From contig OZ245006.1 of assembly GCA_965223545.1 (NCBI GenBank), positions 5,888,001-5,952,000 of the forward strand: a stretch of DNA of 64,000 bases, written 5' to 3'. Below the pieces are notes generated by a model. That model saw only the letters and a list, made by a program, of their open reading frames with translations. It was not told the origin of the DNA and did not search any database. The DNA is from Planctomycetota bacterium (lineage in GTDB: Bacteria; Planctomycetota; UBA1135; UBA2386). Of the stretch, positions 61,973 through 64,000 are shown in pieces (position 1 is the first letter of the stretch; every line of letters starts with the position of its first letter). A program made the position numbers and the translations under genes.

Positions 61973-64000
61973 GCGTCCGGGGCGGGGCGTGGACCGCCGG
62001 TCTGCTCGGGCTCGGGTTGGCCGTGCTGTCGATCGCGGCGCTGATCGCGATCCGCAACGCCGGCGCGGTCGACGGCCCCCCGGTGGCGGCTGCGGCAGGC
62101 GCTGCGCCGCCGGCAGCCGCCACCGCCGAGGCTGTGGCATCGCCGGGCGCTGCGCGCGGGCCGCGCGCAGCGGCGTCGGCGCCGTCGGCGCAGCCCGTGC
62201 TGTTGGTCGGTTCGCTCCGCCGCGCCGATGGCCAACCCTGCCGTCGACCCACGCTGTGGGCGCGGCAGCGCGGCAGCGGTGCAGTCCACCGATGGCAGCC
62301 CACCCTCGCTGCAGACGGCGCCTTCGCGGTGCCGCTGCCGCCGGCGATCCCACCCGGCACCCTGGTCGAGGTGTGTGCGGAGGCCCTCGATTGCGCGCGT
62401 TCGGCTTGGCGCTCAGTGGAGGCAGAGCCGCCTGCGCAGCGGCTGCGCATCGACCTGGTGCTGCGACGGGGCGCCACGGTGCGCGGTCGCGTGCTCGATC
62501 CGGGCGGAGCCGCCGCGGACGGGGCCCTGGTGACGGTCGAGGCCGGCGCGGCGTCGACGACCGCCCGGACCGACTCCACCGGTTGCTTCGAATTGCCCCT
62601 GCACGCGGCCGAGGTCGGGGACGCCATGGTGCGCCTGGCTGCCGCGCACGCCGAGCACGGCGTGAGCCCGCCGCGCGTCTTGTCGTTGGCAATGCTCGAT
62701 GCGCCGGTCGATGACCTCGTGTTGACCCACGCGATGCCGCCGGTCGAGGTGGCCTTGTCGCTGCTCGACGGGACGCCGGTGGAGGGGTTGCCGGTCGAGT
62801 TCGAGCCGATCGCGCGCACGCCGATGGCGGGCTTCGAGACGGCGGACGCGGTCGAGCAGACCACGGTCCGCACCGATGAAGACGGACGGGCGCGCGCGCG
62901 ACACCTGCATCCCGGCGGATATCGGTTGGACTTCAGTAGCGTCGCCGCGGTGAATCTGCAGGCGCTGGTGACGGCCGAATGGGCCGCTGACCTGACCGTG
63001 CGCAGCGGAACCCCCAGCTCCTGGCAGCTGCCGTTTGGCTGCGTGCTGCCGGTGATCGAGACGGAGCAGCGACCGCGCGCCCCAGCCCGCCTCTCGGTGC
63101 TGGTGTGGTCGGCCGGACGCGCGGCCAGGGCGGCCGAGCGCGCCTGGCGGGACCGCGCGCCGTTGCCCGCCGATCCCGATTCTCAGCACCTCGCACTGGC
63201 CGCCGCCGCGTTGCACAGCGTTTGGCTGCCGCTCGAGTCGTTCGTGGTCGTGCAAGCGACGGCGGAGGGCTGTGCCCCCGCGCGCGCAGCGGAGTGGGTC
63301 ACAACGCGGCGGCCTTCGTGGACGGCGCCCCTGTCGTTGCGGGCCGCGCCCTCCCCGCGCCGGATCCAGCTGTTGCAGCGCACCGCGGACGGAGCGGCCG
63401 TTCGCGGTGGTCTGTGGCGCGCGGTGCCGGTGTTCGGCGACGCCCCGGGTTGGGACGCGAGCGACTGGCGCGCGCTCGACGAACAGCAGTGCACTGCCGG
63501 GTTGGCGCCCGGCGAGTGGCATCTGCAGCTGTGGCCGGGCGTGCGCGCACGACATGCGGCGCGGCCGTACGCGCTGTGGCAAACCAAGCTCGCCGTGCTC
63601 GCGCCGGGTGCGCCCGCCGCGCCCCAGCGCGTCGAGATCACGGTGCAGCCGGTGCCGCGCCTGTGGCTCGAGCTGGTGCACCGCGCCGCCGCGCGGGCCG
63701 GCAGCGAGCGGCGGGTTTCGCTGCGTGTCGTCCTGCGCGGCGCGGGCCGGCCAAGTCAGCGCGCGGTCCTCCTGCGCGACCCCGGCGATGGCAGTGCGCG
63801 TCCGCTGGAAGACCCCGTAGTGCTGCGCGTCGGCGAGCCCACGACCGTCGAACTGCAGGGCCCGCTGAGGGCCGGCGCGGCGGTGCTCGAGGTGCACGCC
63901 TGGCCGCGCGACCGGCCCGGCGGGGCTCGGCCGCCGCGACTGGCGCCAGTGCACCAAACCCTGCGCCTCGAGGCCGGCGCCAACGTCTGCCGCGTCGAGC
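61969..64000 (+). CDS. Membrane-anchored carboxypeptidase-regulatory-like domain protein, running off the window end
   Basis: Frame +1 appears open from the TAG at 61963-61965 to base 64000 and is absent from the ORF track. TM segment AWTAGLLGLGLAVLSIAALIAI, Ala/Pro linker, GATVRGRVLDPGG, ARTDSTGCFEL, VRTDEDGRA. Start CTG 61969, TTG 62017 or GTG 62023. Confidence 0.8.
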   Translation, partial: MSVRGGAWTAGLLGLGLAVLSIAALIAIRNAGAVDGPPVAAAAGAAPPAAATAEAVASPGAARGPRAAASAPSAQPVLLVGSLRRADGQPCRRPTLWARQRGSGAVHRWQPTLAADGAFAVPLPPAIPPGTLVEVCAEALDCARSAWRSVEAEPPAQRLRIDLVLRRGATVRGRVLDPGGAAADGALVTVEAGAASTTARTDSTGCFELPLHAAEVGDAMVRLAAAHAEHGVSPPRVLSLAMLDAPVDDLVLTHAMPPVEVALSLLDGTPVEGLPVEFEPIARTPMAGFETADAVEQTTVRTDEDGRARARHLHPGGYRLDFSSVAAVNLQALVTAEWAADLTVRSGTPSSWQLPFGCVLPVIETEQRPRAPARLSVLVWSAGRAARAAERAWRDRAPLPADPDSQHLALAAAALHSVWLPLESFVVVQATAEGCAPARAAEWVTTRRPSWTAPLSLRAAPSPRRIQLLQRTADGAAVRGGLWRAVPVFGDAPGWDASDWRALDEQQCTAGLAPGEWHLQLWPGVRARHAARPYALWQTKLAVLAPGAPAAPQRVEITVQPVPRLWLELVHRAAARAGSERRVSLRVVLRGAGRPSQRAVLLRDPGDGSARPLEDPVVLRVGEPTTVELQGPLRAGAAVLEVHAWPRDRPGGARPPRLAPVHQTLRLEAGANVCRVE

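Overview
A very GC-rich, densely coding 64-kb bacterial segment with about 39 protein-coding genes. I found no rRNA, convincing tRNA, CRISPR array or mobile element. The gene content suggests Planctomycetota (inference only): TPR-tailed Ser/Thr kinases, ECF sigma factors, sulfatases, and HEAT-, FG-GAP- and SBBP-repeat exported proteins. In order, the window holds a kinase with two exported proteins; a phosphate/sulfate scavenging block (tandem PhoD, two sulfatases, one frameshifted); an ECF-kinase pair among four exported repeat proteins; a GNAT, an NhaC antiporter, a diheme cytochrome c/heme-b DOMON fusion and a probable outer-membrane barrel; fadJ-fadI divergent from a patatin-ferredoxin fusion; cbpA-cbpM; an SBBP protein; a Wzm/Wzt glycan cluster; a VPS10/BNR hydrolase, a mini PEP-CTERM-like protein, a WD40 protein, a DEAD-box helicase and an orphan ECF; a two-component system with a HEAT protein; an M43 protease; and a 3'-truncated carboxypeptidase-regulatory-like protein. 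Three signals stand out. (1) Six unrelated exported proteins end in a similar ~110-130 aa C-terminal domain, a candidate sorting or secretion signal. (2) Most predicted signal peptides would expose Gln at +1, like the Bacteroidetes Q-rule. (3) A patatin lacking its catalytic Ser is fused to a ferredoxin domain next to the beta-oxidation genes. All calls come from motif reading by eye; no searches were run.
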